DNA from: an uncultured Desulfuromonadales bacterium
GTDB lineage: Bacteria; Desulfobacterota; Desulfuromonadia; Desulfuromonadales; Geopsychrobacteraceae
Length of the DNA stretch: 54,655 nt
Assembly: GCA_947259715.1 (NCBI GenBank)
Contig: CAMYNR010000097.1
Location: forward strand, 1 to 54,655
Reading direction: 5' to 3'
Under the pieces are notes generated by a model. That model did no database searches, was not told the DNA's origin, and saw only the letters and a program-made list of their open reading frames with translations. A program made the position numbers and the translations under genes. Within the stretch, counting starts at the first letter, position 1, and each line of letters opens with the position of its first letter. Positions 38,350-47,589 of this stretch are shown in pieces.

Positions 38350-41043
38350 ATGACGCCTGTCAGCCAAAAAGCCTTGCGCAACCCTTACCTCTGGCATCTG
38401 TTGCTGATCTGGACAGCGCTGGTTGGTGCGTCGCTGGCGTGGAATATCCACAGCGAGCGACGCGCCCTGATCGAAGGTGCGACCCTGCAGGCCCGCACCA
38501 TGACCGAGAAAGATCCGCGCCTGCAGCATTGGAACAGTACCAGCGACGGCATCTATATCCGCTTGCGTGAGGGGATCAAACCCAGCCCCTATCTGGCCGA
38601 TTTTCCCGATCGAGACCTGGTGACCACCGACGGCACCCGGCTGACCCTGTTGCCGCCAGCTTTCCTGAATCATCAGGATATCGAGCTCAAAGCGCAAAAG
38701 CAGCATATCTCCGCCCATATCACCAGTCTGAATGTCACCAACCCCGCCAATCAGCCCGACCCCTGGGAATCCTCTGCGTTAGCAAAGCTGGCAACAGGGC
38801 AGGTTGAGGTTGCCGAGCTTATCCTGCTGAATGGGCAGACCCATCTGCGCTATATGAGCCCCTTGATGACCACCGAACCCTGTCTTGAATGTCATGCGGA
38901 ACAGGGTTTTCAGGTGGGCGATCTGCGCGGCGGGGTCAGCGTCAATCTGCCCCTCGGCAGTTTTGTGCTTGCCGCCCGCAATCAGTCGATCTCTCTTGCC
39001 GCCAGTCACATCCTCCTCTGGTTGACCGGTCTCTGCGGTCTGCTGTTCGGTTTTTACCGCTATTCCGCAAGTGCTTTGCGCCGCAGCGAAGCAGAGCAGG
39101 AGATGCGACTGGCCAAAGAGGAGGCGGAAGCGGCCAATCGCAGCAAAAGCGAATTTCTGGCTAATATGAGCCATGAAATCCGCACGCCGATGAACGGGAT
39201 TATCGGTATGACCGGATTGACCCTGGCCACCGACCTGCAGCCGGAGCAGCGCGATTATCTTGAGATCGTCAAAAATTCCGGTGAATCGTTGTTGCGGGTG
39301 ATCAACGATATCCTCGATTTTTCCAAGGTTGAAGCAGGGATGCTCGAGTTGGAGCAGGTCGAGTTCTGTCTGCTTGAGACCGTGGAGAAAACCGTTGAGA
39401 CCCTGGCGGTGTCGGCGCACCAGAAACATCTCGAGTTGCTCTGCGACCTGCCGCCGGACCTGCCGCGCCATATCAAAGGTGATCCCTTGCGCCTGCGTCA
39501 GGTGCTGACCAACCTGATCGGCAATGCCATCAAATTCACCGAGCAGGGCGAGGTGGTCTTCAGGGTCCGGCAGTTGCCCGGTTGTGAAAATTTCGACGAT
39601 CTGGCCCGGCTGGAATTCAGTGTCCGGGACACCGGCATCGGCATCAGCGAAGAGCAGCAGCAGCGGCTGTTTACCAGCTTCAGTCAAGCGGACAGCTCAA
39701 TTTCGCGCAAGTATGGAGGGACCGGCCTGGGGCTGGCCATCTCCCAGCAGATCGTCGCGCAGATGGGCAGTCGGATCGTTCTGGAGAGCCAGCCCGGGCA
39801 GGGCTCCTGTTTCTCCTTTGTGCTGGATGTGAAACTGGCCGCTGCTCCGCCGGAGCCGGAGTTCAGCTGTCTGGATGATCTTGCCGGCATGAAGGTTCTG
39901 ATTGTCGATGATAACGAGACCAATCGGGTTATCCTGCGGGAAATGCTGAAAAGCTGGGGAATGCGACCGGCGGTTGCGGCCGCTGGCAAAGAGGCGATTT
40001 GCCTTCTGACTGACGCACGCGACAGCGCAGACCCGTTCAAGCTGCTGCTATTCGATTCACTGATGCCGGAGATGAGCGGTTTTGAACTGGCCGAATCGGT
40101 GCAGGCCGAAGGGGCGTTTCCCGAGTTGTCGTTGATGATGATCACCTCCAACGATATCGGCGGCGATATGGCGCGCCGCAAGCGTGCTGGGATCGACCAT
40201 TTCCTGGTCAAGCCGATCAAACAGTCGGAGCTGTTAAGTACTATCCTTACGCAGCTCAACCGCACCCCTCAGTCTGGATCGGTCGAGGAGCTGCCAGCAT
40301 TGTCGGTGGTACCGCGCCCGGCGGATACGGCCGGGGCCCTGCGGATTCTGCTGGCTGAAGATAATGAAATCAATCAGATTCTGGCGGTGCGCCTGCTCGA
40401 ACAGCGCGGCTGGCAGGTGGACATCGTCAGGAATGGCCAGCAGGCCCTTGATCGCCTGGTTGCTGGGAATATCGACCTGGTGCTGATGGACGTGCAGATG
40501 CCGGAGGTGGATGGGATTCAGGCCACAGAGCGGCTGCGTGCGGCGGGAAATAAAATCCCGATCATCGGTTTGACGGCCCATACCCTTAAGGGGGATCGCG
40601 AGAAGCTGCTGGAGATCGGGATGGATGATTATGTCCCCAAGCCGATCGAGCCAAGTCAACTTTATGCCGCAGTCGAGCGCCAGGCGAGCGAGCTGCTGGC
40701 CCGGGCGAGGATTGTCGATCTGGCCTACTTGAATCGAACCCTGAGTGGCCGGCAGGAGGCAGTGGCGCGGTTTGTCAGAAAATTTCTGCTCGATTGCCCG
40801 CAGCGACTCGCCGAGCTGCGGCAGGCTTTGCAGCACTCTGATACCAAGCAGATTGAGCAGGTCGCCCACGGCTTCAAGTCGGTGCTGGGGATTTTCGGTG
40901 CCCGGCAGGCTTATGCCCTGGCGCAGCGGCTGGAAATCGCCGCCGGCGAAGCCCGGCTGGAGAGGCTCGCCGCACTGCTGGACGAGTTGGAGGTGGCGCT
41001 GCAGAAGGTCGAAGGGCTTCTGCTGCCGTACGCAGAGGAGTAA
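38350..41043 (+). CDS. Hybrid sensor histidine kinase: periplasmic heme-c (DUF3365-like) sensor, HisKA, HATPase, two receivers, Hpt
   Basis: CLECH between two TM helices; [15 protein letters not shown]; YGGTGLGL; two REC domains; AHGFKS Hpt. Confidence 0.9.
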   Translation: MTPVSQKALRNPYLWHLLLIWTALVGASLAWNIHSERRALIEGATLQARTMTEKDPRLQHWNSTSDGIYIRLREGIKPSPYLADFPDRDLVTTDGTRLTLLPPAFLNHQDIELKAQKQHISAHITSLNVTNPANQPDPWESSALAKLATGQVEVAELILLNGQTHLRYMSPLMTTEPCLECHAEQGFQVGDLRGGVSVNLPLGSFVLAARNQSISLAASHILLWLTGLCGLLFGFYRYSASALRRSEAEQEMRLAKEEAEAANRSKSEFLANMSHEIRTPMNGIIGMTGLTLATDLQPEQRDYLEIVKNSGESLLRVINDILDFSKVEAGMLELEQVEFCLLETVEKTVETLAVSAHQKHLELLCDLPPDLPRHIKGDPLRLRQVLTNLIGNAIKFTEQGEVVFRVRQLPGCENFDDLARLEFSVRDTGIGISEEQQQRLFTSFSQADSSISRKYGGTGLGLAISQQIVAQMGSRIVLESQPGQGSCFSFVLDVKLAAAPPEPEFSCLDDLAGMKVLIVDDNETNRVILREMLKSWGMRPAVAAAGKEAICLLTDARDSADPFKLLLFDSLMPEMSGFELAESVQAEGAFPELSLMMITSNDIGGDMARRKRAGIDHFLVKPIKQSELLSTILTQLNRTPQSGSVEELPALSVVPRPADTAGALRILLAEDNEINQILAVRLLEQRGWQVDIVRNGQQALDRLVAGNIDLVLMDVQMPEVDGIQATERLRAAGNKIPIIGLTAHTLKGDREKLLEIGMDDYVPKPIEPSQLYAAVERQASELLARARIVDLAYLNRTLSGRQEAVARFVRKFLLDCPQRLAELRQALQHSDTKQIEQVAHGFKSVLGIFGARQAYALAQRLEIAAGEARLERLAALLDELEVALQKVEGLLLPYAEE

Positions 41044-41059
41044 AAGGATTTCGGAAGGC

Positions 41060-41134
41060 GGGCGAGACATGTCTCGCCCCTACAGACTGTGTTTTTTGTC
41101 AGTCTCTGTGCAGGGGCACCCCGGTGGGTCGCCC
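41060..41134. repeat. GTAG-type REP pair (feet facing inward) between convergent genes
   Basis: gggcgagacatgtctcgcccctac...gcaggggcaccccggtgggtcgccc-tttttt. Confidence 0.7.
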
Positions 41135-41154
41135 TTTTTTCGCTGGCCGCCAAT

Positions 41155-41574
41155 CTACAGCAAATTCTCTCCGGTGGTTGTCGCCACCAGCTTGCCGTGT
41201 TTCACCCCCTTGGTGCCGATCAGCTCATCGGCGATCCGTCGGACCCGGCTGGACTGCCCCTTGATGACCACCACCTCCAGGCAATGATGCTGATCGAGAT
41301 GGATATGCAGGGTGGAAACGATCTCCTGATGATGGCTGTGCTGGTGTTCGGTCAACTTGTCGGCCAGATCGCGGGTATGGTGATCGTAAACCAGAGTCAC
41401 CGTGGCCACCGTCTCCTGGTCGGCATCGCCCCATTCCTCTTCCACCAGCGCGCCGCGAATCAGGTCGCGAATCGCTTCGGAGCGGTTGACGTAACCTTTA
41501 TCATTGATCATCCGGTCAAACTGCTGCAGCAAGCGTTCATCAATCGAAATACCAAAGCGGGTCAGGTCTGCCAT
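41155..41574 (-). CDS. nikR: Nickel-responsive regulator
   Basis: RFGISI ribbon, [26 protein letters not shown]. Confidence 0.96.
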   Translation of the reverse strand: MADLTRFGISIDERLLQQFDRMINDKGYVNRSEAIRDLIRGALVEEEWGDADQETVATVTLVYDHHTRDLADKLTEHQHSHHQEIVSTLHIHLDQHHCLEVVVIKGQSSRVRRIADELIGTKGVKHGKLVATTTGENLL

Positions 41575-41725
41575 CTGGGCCTCGTTGCCGGGGGCTAAAA
41601 TCTAATTTTTTCAATTTTTTGCGACAGTATCCACTGATTTAACATAGCCCCCTGGGCGGGGCAAGAAAGATCATGTGATTGCCTTGGGTTAGCTGTTTTT
41701 GTCCACAGGTTGCTCACAATCTGTC

Positions 41726-41804
41726 CAACAAGATATTGTGTTTAATGGAAAGTAAAAATACAACATCTAGTGTTTTTGCCTTTTGACAAGCGGATATCTT
41801 GTGG
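41726..41804 (+). promoter_or_regulatory. Tandem NrdR boxes (two good, one degenerate)
   Basis: caacaagatattgtgt 41726-41741, atacaacatctagtgt 41758-41773, agcggatatcttgtgg 41789-41804; 32/31-bp period; match to acaCwAtATaTwGtgt. Confidence 0.85.
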
Positions 41805-41810
41805 TAACTT
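41783..41810 (+). promoter_or_regulatory. sigma70 promoter of nrdD operon (TTGACA-16-TAACTT, extended TG)
   Basis: ttgaca agcggatatcttgtgg taactt. Confidence 0.6.
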
Positions 41811-41915
41811 CTCCTGCATTGAATCTTGAAGTTGTGAAATCTTTTGGTTGGCGCTTTCAGCTTATGCGATGAGCGCTGGCTCATTAACCTGCGTCTTCAG
41901 GCAGGGAGGCAGAAA

Positions 41916-43904
41916 ATGATCGAGTTTATCCGCAAGCGGGATGGCCGGCTGGCCCCGTACGAAGAGCAGAAGATCGCCCAGGCGATCGAAAAAGCGGTGC
42001 GGGCCGTTGGCGGCAACGATATGCGCAAGGCCGCCGAAATCACCCGCCAGGTCGGCGGAATCCTTTCCGTGCTCTACAAAGATGGTCGGGTCCCAACGGT
42101 CGAAAATGTTCAGGACCTGGTCGAAAAAATCCTCATCGAAAATGGTCATGCCCAGACCGCCAAAGCCTACATCCTTTACCGCAAGCAGCATGAAAGCCTG
42201 CGGCAGACCAAAGAATTCATGCAGCAGTCGATCGAAGCGATCGATTCCTACCTGGTGCGCGAAGACTGGCGGGTCAACGAAAATGCCAACATGGGTTATT
42301 CGCTGCAGGGTTTGAACAACCATATTGCCGCCAATATCACCAGCAATTACTGGCTGAACAAGATCTACCCGGCCAGCGTGGCCGATGCTCACCGGGAGGG
42401 GGATTACCATATCCACGACCTGGGCATGCTCTCGGTCTATTGCTGCGGCTGGGATCTGAAGGATCTGCTCCTCAAAGGCTTCACCGGTGCCTACGGCAAG
42501 GTCCAGAGCGGCCCGGCGAAGCATTTCCGCAGCGCCCTCGGCCAGATCGTCAATTTCTTCTATACCCTGCAAGGGGAGGCGGCCGGCGCCCAGGCCTTCG
42601 CCAACTTCGACACCCTGCTGGCCCCCTTTATCAACTACGACGGGCTGAGCTACGCTGAAGTCAAGCAGTGCCTGCAGGAGTTCGTCTTTAACATGAACGT
42701 GCCGACCCGGGTCGGCTTCCAGACCCCTTTTACCAACATCACCATGGATATGATGGTGCCGTCGAACATGGCCGCCGAGGCGGTGGTTATCGGCGGTGAG
42801 CTGCAGGAGTGCAGCTACGGCGAATTTCAGGCGGAGATGGACCTGCTCAACCGCGCTTTCTGCGAAGTGATGATGAACGGCGACTCCTCCGGGCGGATCT
42901 TCTCCTTTCCGATCCCGACCTACAATATTACCCGCGACATCGACTGGGAGAGCGACCGGCTGCAGCCGGTCTGGGAGATGACCGCCAAGTACGGCATCCC
43001 CTATTTCAGCAACTTCGTCAATTCCGATATGGATCCGGAAGACGCCCGCTCGATGTGCTGCCGTCTGCGGCTCGATAACCGCGAACTGCGTCGGCGCGGC
43101 GGTGGTCTGTTCGGCTCCAATCCCCTGACCGGCTCCATCGGCGTGGTCACCATCAATCTGCCGCGCGCTGCCTATCAGGCGGACAGCATGACCAGTTTCT
43201 TCGACCGTATAAGCCACTTGATGAAGCTGGCCTTCGAGTCGCTGGAGCTCAAGCGCAAGCAGCTGGAACGTTTTACTGAGGAGGGGCTCTATCCCTACAG
43301 CAAATTTTACCTTGCGGCGATCCGCGAGCGCAGCGGCAGCTTCTGGGATAACCATTTCTCGACCATCGGCCTGATCGGCATGAACGAAGCCTGCCAGAAC
43401 CTGCTTGGCACCGGAATCGACTCCGAGGAGGGGCAGTCGCTGGCCAAGGCGACCCTCGACTTCATGCGCAAGCAGCTGGAGAGCTTTCAGGAACAGACCG
43501 GCCATCTCTACAATCTGGAGGCAACCCCGGCCGAAGGCACCAGCTTCCGCCTGGCCAGCCGCGACCGCCAGCGTTATCCAGAGATCATCACCGCCGGCAG
43601 CGACGAGCCCTACTACACCAATTCAACCCAACTGCCGGTCGGTACCACCGAGGATATTTTCGCCGCGCTGCAGCACCAGGATGGCCTGCAGACCCGCTAC
43701 ACCGGCGGCACCGTTTTCCACGGCTTTCTCGGCGAGCGGCTGGAGGACTGGCGCAGCGCCCGGTTGCTGGTACGGCGGATTGCGGAAAATTTCCATCTGC
43801 CCTATTTCACTCTGAGCCCGACCTTTACCATCTGCCCGGAGCATGGCTACATCTCCGGGGAACATTTCGCCTGTCCCCATCACCATCCCGGGCAGGCGGC
43901 CTGA
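41916..43904 (+). CDS. nrdD: Class III (anaerobic) ribonucleotide reductase, large part with ATP cone; lacks the C-terminal glycyl-radical loop
   Basis: IRKRDGR ATP cone, HIHDL, YCCG, SMCCRL, EATPAE, YTNS, GGTVFH; ends CPEHG...FACP. Confidence 0.93.
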   Translation: MIEFIRKRDGRLAPYEEQKIAQAIEKAVRAVGGNDMRKAAEITRQVGGILSVLYKDGRVPTVENVQDLVEKILIENGHAQTAKAYILYRKQHESLRQTKEFMQQSIEAIDSYLVREDWRVNENANMGYSLQGLNNHIAANITSNYWLNKIYPASVADAHREGDYHIHDLGMLSVYCCGWDLKDLLLKGFTGAYGKVQSGPAKHFRSALGQIVNFFYTLQGEAAGAQAFANFDTLLAPFINYDGLSYAEVKQCLQEFVFNMNVPTRVGFQTPFTNITMDMMVPSNMAAEAVVIGGELQECSYGEFQAEMDLLNRAFCEVMMNGDSSGRIFSFPIPTYNITRDIDWESDRLQPVWEMTAKYGIPYFSNFVNSDMDPEDARSMCCRLRLDNRELRRRGGGLFGSNPLTGSIGVVTINLPRAAYQADSMTSFFDRISHLMKLAFESLELKRKQLERFTEEGLYPYSKFYLAAIRERSGSFWDNHFSTIGLIGMNEACQNLLGTGIDSEEGQSLAKATLDFMRKQLESFQEQTGHLYNLEATPAEGTSFRLASRDRQRYPEIITAGSDEPYYTNSTQLPVGTTEDIFAALQHQDGLQTRYTGGTVFHGFLGERLEDWRSARLLVRRIAENFHLPYFTLSPTFTICPEHGYISGEHFACPHHHPGQAA

Positions 43905-43937
43905 TTTATCTGTTACTGAATTCTGAGGAGAGTTTTT

Positions 43938-44084
43938 ATGGCGACCAAATGTAACGAGAAGACCGAGGTTTATTCGAGGGTTTGTGGTTTTTTCCGGCCC
44001 GTGCAGCAATGGAACCGCGGCAAGAAGGAAGAGTTCAAAGACCGCTCCGAATACAGTCTGCAGGGCAAGGAGCAGCAAAGCTGA
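43938..44084 (+). CDS. Stand-alone NrdD glycyl-radical domain, 48 aa (not in ORF track)
   Basis: MATKCNEKTEVYSRVCGFFRPVQQWNRGKKEEFKDR; SD GAGGAG 7 nt upstream. Confidence 0.88.
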   Translation: MATKCNEKTEVYSRVCGFFRPVQQWNRGKKEEFKDRSEYSLQGKEQQS

Positions 44085-44785
44085 GCCACCTTAGAATTAA
44101 GGGATTTCAGGGGACCAGCCTGCTCGACTTTCCAGGTCGGGTTGCCTCACTGCTGTTTACCGGCGGCTGCAACCTGACCTGTCCTTTCTGCCATAACCCC
44201 GGTTTGGTGATCGAGCCGGAGGCTTACCCTGATTTTCCCCTTGACCAGTTGCTGGCAGACCTGCGCGAACGGAAAACGTTTATCGACGGGGTTGTGATAT
44301 CGGGCGGAGAACCGACCCTCGATGCCGGTCTGCCGGCATTTTTACGTCGGCTTAACCAGGAAGGGTTTCAGGTCAAGCTGGACAGCAACGGCCTGCTACC
44401 GCAGGTGTTGGAGAGATTGCTGGCCGAAGAGCTGATCGATTACCTGGCCATCGACATCAAGACTTCGCTGCCCCGCTACCAGGAACTGCACAGCCAACCG
44501 GTCCAGGCCGAAAAGCTGCGCCGTACCATCGAACTGGCCAAGCAGGCCAGCTGTGAGGTTGAGTTCCGCACCACCTGCGTGCCTGAGCTGGTTGGCGAGC
44601 AGGAGATCCAAGCTATCGGTGAGCTTTTACGGGGAGCGCCGCTCTGGGTGTTGCAGCAGTATGTTCCGGGCCATGCCCTCGAGCCGGACTGGCAGCAGCG
44701 CGAAGCCTATCCGGCGGCGCGGCTTCAGGAGTTTGCCGCCCTGGCGAAGCCGTTTGTGAAGAAGGTGCAGCTGCGCGGGATCTAA
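44081..44785 (+). CDS. nrdG: Anaerobic RNR activating radical SAM enzyme (start uncertain; CTG 44081 proposed)
   Basis: GCNLTCPFCHN, SGGEPT, KLDSNG, EFRTT; follows nrdD. Confidence 0.88.
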   Translation: MSHLRIKGFQGTSLLDFPGRVASLLFTGGCNLTCPFCHNPGLVIEPEAYPDFPLDQLLADLRERKTFIDGVVISGGEPTLDAGLPAFLRRLNQEGFQVKLDSNGLLPQVLERLLAEELIDYLAIDIKTSLPRYQELHSQPVQAEKLRRTIELAKQASCEVEFRTTCVPELVGEQEIQAIGELLRGAPLWVLQQYVPGHALEPDWQQREAYPAARLQEFAALAKPFVKKVQLRGI

Positions 44786-44826
44786 GCGCATGAGCGCTTT
44801 GCCAATGAGGCCTTGTCCGGTTTGCA

Positions 44827-46089
44827 TTAAACCGCTGTGCAACGCAAGGTTGCTGCAGCGCGCTCGCTGATTTTTTCGACGATTTCCGCATAAATGGAAT
44901 TTTCCCCGTAGCGGTTTGCCATCCGCCTGGCGACCCTTGTCGCCGTGCCGGGCAGCGTTTCAGCCATCTTTCTGAGCGGGGTGAAGACCGCTTTTCCCGA
45001 CCCGCCGATCTGTCCGGCAAACTCCTGCCAGTCTTCGTAGCGGATGTCTCGCGGATGGACAGCGCTGCCGATCTTCATCGCTAACTCGCTTTCGACCCGA
45101 TCGTAAACCGCGGTGCAGACCAGATCGTAACCGGGGGCCAATGATGGGTGCTGGCTTGAGCCATAGAGGAGGGATAAATTCTTGGCGTGAGCATCGGCGT
45201 TGCCGATCAGCAGATTGAAAAAGGTCAGTTGTAACAGCCTGATCCGGTCGGCCAACGGATTCTTGCAGCGGGTCATCAATTGAAAGCATTCTGCGTGGCC
45301 GGGGCCGCCACTGATTTCGTACTTCAGGCGTGGCGGCAGTCCGAGAGCCTGGCAGAAATCTTCCTGATGCAGGCGGATGATCTTCCCCTGGCCATCGGTC
45401 GTCCGATCATAACGGGCCACAAGGTAGGCGCCTGCGCCGACCTGCAGGATGGACGAGGCGGGGACCTCCAGGCCCATTTCACCTGCCAGGCTCATGCAGA
45501 AGCATTCGTTTTCCACCAGGCTGGGGAAGCGCTGGTTCTGCGGTTTCAAAATGTGGCTGCTCGGAGCACCGTCGAGTGGCAGACAGAGTTGTCCGTCAAC
45601 GATAGCGATCGGCAGCTTGTCCTGCATCCCTGCCAGGGAGAGCCGAATCCGTTCCTCCCTTCCCAAAAATGCGGGGTCCATCACATAGGCTTCATCCAAC
45701 AACTGTTCCTGCTCGGTTGCGCTCAGGGGCCGATACTTTGGCTTAACTGCTACGGCGGACGGGACAAATTCCGGAGAAAAAAGCGATACCGCTCCGGCGC
45801 AGTCGCCGCCTAGAGCTTTAAGCAGAGAGAAATCGTCCTCCGGTGATACGCGAAACTTATGGGCGTAATAATCGCGCAGTTGCCCCTCGGGAAGCAGGTT
45901 GGCGAAAAAGGCCCGGCTGGCTGATGCGGAGAACGCTTCCAGACTGAGCGGTAGACTGAGGGATAAGGGGCGGGCTGTCGGGCCCTGCAAGTAATCTGCT
46001 GAATAGCGAAAACGGTAGCTTTCCGCGTCCTCCTTGTGGAGTTTGCCGACCTCAGTTTCTCCTCGGTAGACGCACAGAAGCTCACCCAT
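44827..46089 (-). CDS. hipA: HipA-family Ser/Thr kinase toxin
   Basis: LSLSLP, FFANLLPEG, GGDCAGA, SLAGMQDK, HQEDFCQALG, GNADAHAKN. Confidence 0.93.
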   Translation of the reverse strand: MGELLCVYRGETEVGKLHKEDAESYRFRYSADYLQGPTARPLSLSLPLSLEAFSASASRAFFANLLPEGQLRDYYAHKFRVSPEDDFSLLKALGGDCAGAVSLFSPEFVPSAVAVKPKYRPLSATEQEQLLDEAYVMDPAFLGREERIRLSLAGMQDKLPIAIVDGQLCLPLDGAPSSHILKPQNQRFPSLVENECFCMSLAGEMGLEVPASSILQVGAGAYLVARYDRTTDGQGKIIRLHQEDFCQALGLPPRLKYEISGGPGHAECFQLMTRCKNPLADRIRLLQLTFFNLLIGNADAHAKNLSLLYGSSQHPSLAPGYDLVCTAVYDRVESELAMKIGSAVHPRDIRYEDWQEFAGQIGGSGKAVFTPLRKMAETLPGTATRVARRMANRYGENSIYAEIVEKISERAAATLRCTAV

Positions 46090-46092
46090 CGC

Positions 46093-46329
46093 TTAATCCC
46101 TGGGATCCGCGAACAGGTCGACGCCAACCGCAGTGAGGAGATAGAGAACTTTGCCGATTTCTGCCGTCGGTTTGCCCCGCTCGACCTCCGAAACAAATCT
46201 CAGGCTCAGTCCACAATGCTCGGCCACCTCCCCCTGAGTCAGGTTTTGCGCTTTTCTTTTGGTGCGCAGAATTTTGCCTAGTTCAGCCGTATCGTGAATT
46301 GGAGTCAGGTTGGAAGGGTCGGTCAGCAT
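46093..46329 (-). CDS. hipB: HipB-like HTH (Xre) antitoxin
   Basis: RKAQNLTQ.EVA...SEVERGKPTAEIGKVL; immediately upstream of hipA. Confidence 0.88.
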   Translation of the reverse strand: MLTDPSNLTPIHDTAELGKILRTKRKAQNLTQGEVAEHCGLSLRFVSEVERGKPTAEIGKVLYLLTAVGVDLFADPRD

Positions 46330-46353
46330 CGCATCCTCTCATGCATAGGATAA

Positions 46354-46469
46354 TATCCCGTTCGTGAAAAATATCTGCTTTTTATGTCTCCGTCAAGAAA
46401 ATGTTACTGATCGGGATAATTTGCTAGTCTTGGGAGGCGCCTCAGTGTGCTTTTTTCTCGTTCGGGATA
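46354..46469 (-). promoter_or_regulatory. hipBA promoter (TTGACG-17-TATTTT) with three imperfect TATCCCG-N2-CGGGATA operators
   Basis: tatcccgttcgtgaaa 46354, gttactgatcgggata 46403, tttctcgttcgggata 46454. Confidence 0.65.
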
Positions 46470-46719
46470 AAAAGGCGAGGGGGTTTAGGTGGAAGAAGGG
46501 GGATTGTTAGAGCTTCTGGTGGGGAAGGTAAAAATGAAAATTTCTGGGACACTCTTTTTTTGCGCTCAAAGCAGATCGATTTTCCATTCCTTCCGGCCTT
46601 GCTCCGTTAACGAAAAATCCTCCCATAGGTTCTGAGTAATATATCAGTTTCTGCCTAGTTTTTTTGCAGTTGCATTCTTTTTCCTCGGTGAAAATAACTG
46701 AACAGCGGCTTTTGGAGCT

Positions 46720-46735
46720 TGGCATAACTTATGCT
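46720..46735 (+). promoter_or_regulatory. Putative sigma54 (-24/-12) promoter of modA
   Basis: TGGCATAACTTATGCT with exact GG-N10-GC spacing, 89 nt upstream of modA ATG. Confidence 0.6.
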
Positions 46736-46824
46736 AAAAACAAGGCCAGGAAGGTGTCGGAGAAGGAAGAGCAAGGCACCTGTTCTTGAGTCCCCCGTAA
46801 CGATTCTGGCCAAAGCAGAAGAAC

Positions 46825-47589
46825 ATGAACCGATTATTGATACTGATATTCCTGCTGCTGGCTGTGGCGCTTCCGACTGCGGCGGCCGAAATTCGTCTAT
46901 CCGCAGCCGCCAGCTTGAGCGAGGTGGTCAAAGAGTTGGCTGCCAGCTATCAGCAACGCCAGGCAGACATCACCCTGGTCACCAACTTCGCCTCCTCCGG
47001 CTCGCTGGCGAAGCAGGTTCTGGCCGGGGCCCCGGTTGATCTCTATATTTCCGCCAATCCGAAATGGATGGACTATCTTCAGGAGCAGGGCCTGCTGGCG
47101 GCAGATGGGGCGAAGGTTCTGGCGCATAACAGCCTGGTCTTTGTCGGTTGGCCAGCAACAGCTGCAGCATCCTTGAAGGATCTGCCTGCCTTGCAGTCAA
47201 TCGCTCTCGGCAGCCCCAGATCTGTTCCCGCCGGGAGCTATGCCGAACAGGCCTTGGTCTCAGCTGGGATTTATGAGCAGTTGCAGGCTGGAAAAAAGCT
47301 GGTTCTGGCCAAGGATGTCCGCCAGGCTCTGCTCTATGCCGAGCGCGGCGAAGTGGATGGCGCTTTTGTGTACCGCACCGACGCCTTACTCGCCCGCCAG
47401 GCGAAAGTTCTTTTCAGTGTCCCGCAGGAGCTTCATTCGCGGGTCGTTTATCCGGCCGCCTTGACGGTGACGGGCCGAAAGAACCCTGCCGCAGAGGCGT
47501 TTTTCAACTATCTTTTCAGTGAGGAAGCAGGCGAGATCTTGGTGGACTTCGGCTTTGCCTTGCCGTTGCGGGCAATCAACCAGCCCTGA
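46825..47589 (+). CDS. modA: Molybdate ABC transporter substrate-binding protein
   Basis: Signal peptide, AAASL, FASSGSLA.Q, SAN, VPAG.YA, DVR, VY.TDA. Confidence 0.92.
   Translation: MNRLLILIFLLLAVALPTAAAEIRLSAAASLSEVVKELAASYQQRQADITLVTNFASSGSLAKQVLAGAPVDLYISANPKWMDYLQEQGLLAADGAKVLAHNSLVFVGWPATAAASLKDLPALQSIALGSPRSVPAGSYAEQALVSAGIYEQLQAGKKLVLAKDVRQALLYAERGEVDGAFVYRTDALLARQAKVLFSVPQELHSRVVYPAALTVTGRKNPAAEAFFNYLFSEEAGEILVDFGFALPLRAINQP

Noticed and set aside
41695-41722. DnaA-box-like ttgtccaca / tgctcacaa upstream of nrdD
   Set aside because: Mismatched to TTWTNCACA and too short to support without a scan.
41862-43505. Long antisense ORFs (547 aa here; also 24070-25500, 1941-2942, 52424-53554, 30621-31703)
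   Set aside because: They shadow well-supported genes on the opposite strand, as expected from GC-rich codon bias, and show no recognisable motifs.
43902-43937. Selenocysteine or stop read-through joining nrdD to the in-frame small ORF
   Set aside because: Two in-frame TGA codons, no SECIS-like hairpin seen, a non-homologous spacer, and a dedicated SD for the small ORF.
46500-46824. Moco/Wco riboswitch or ModE box upstream of modA
   Set aside because: Could not find the conserved Moco-RNA segments or a convincing ModE inverted repeat.
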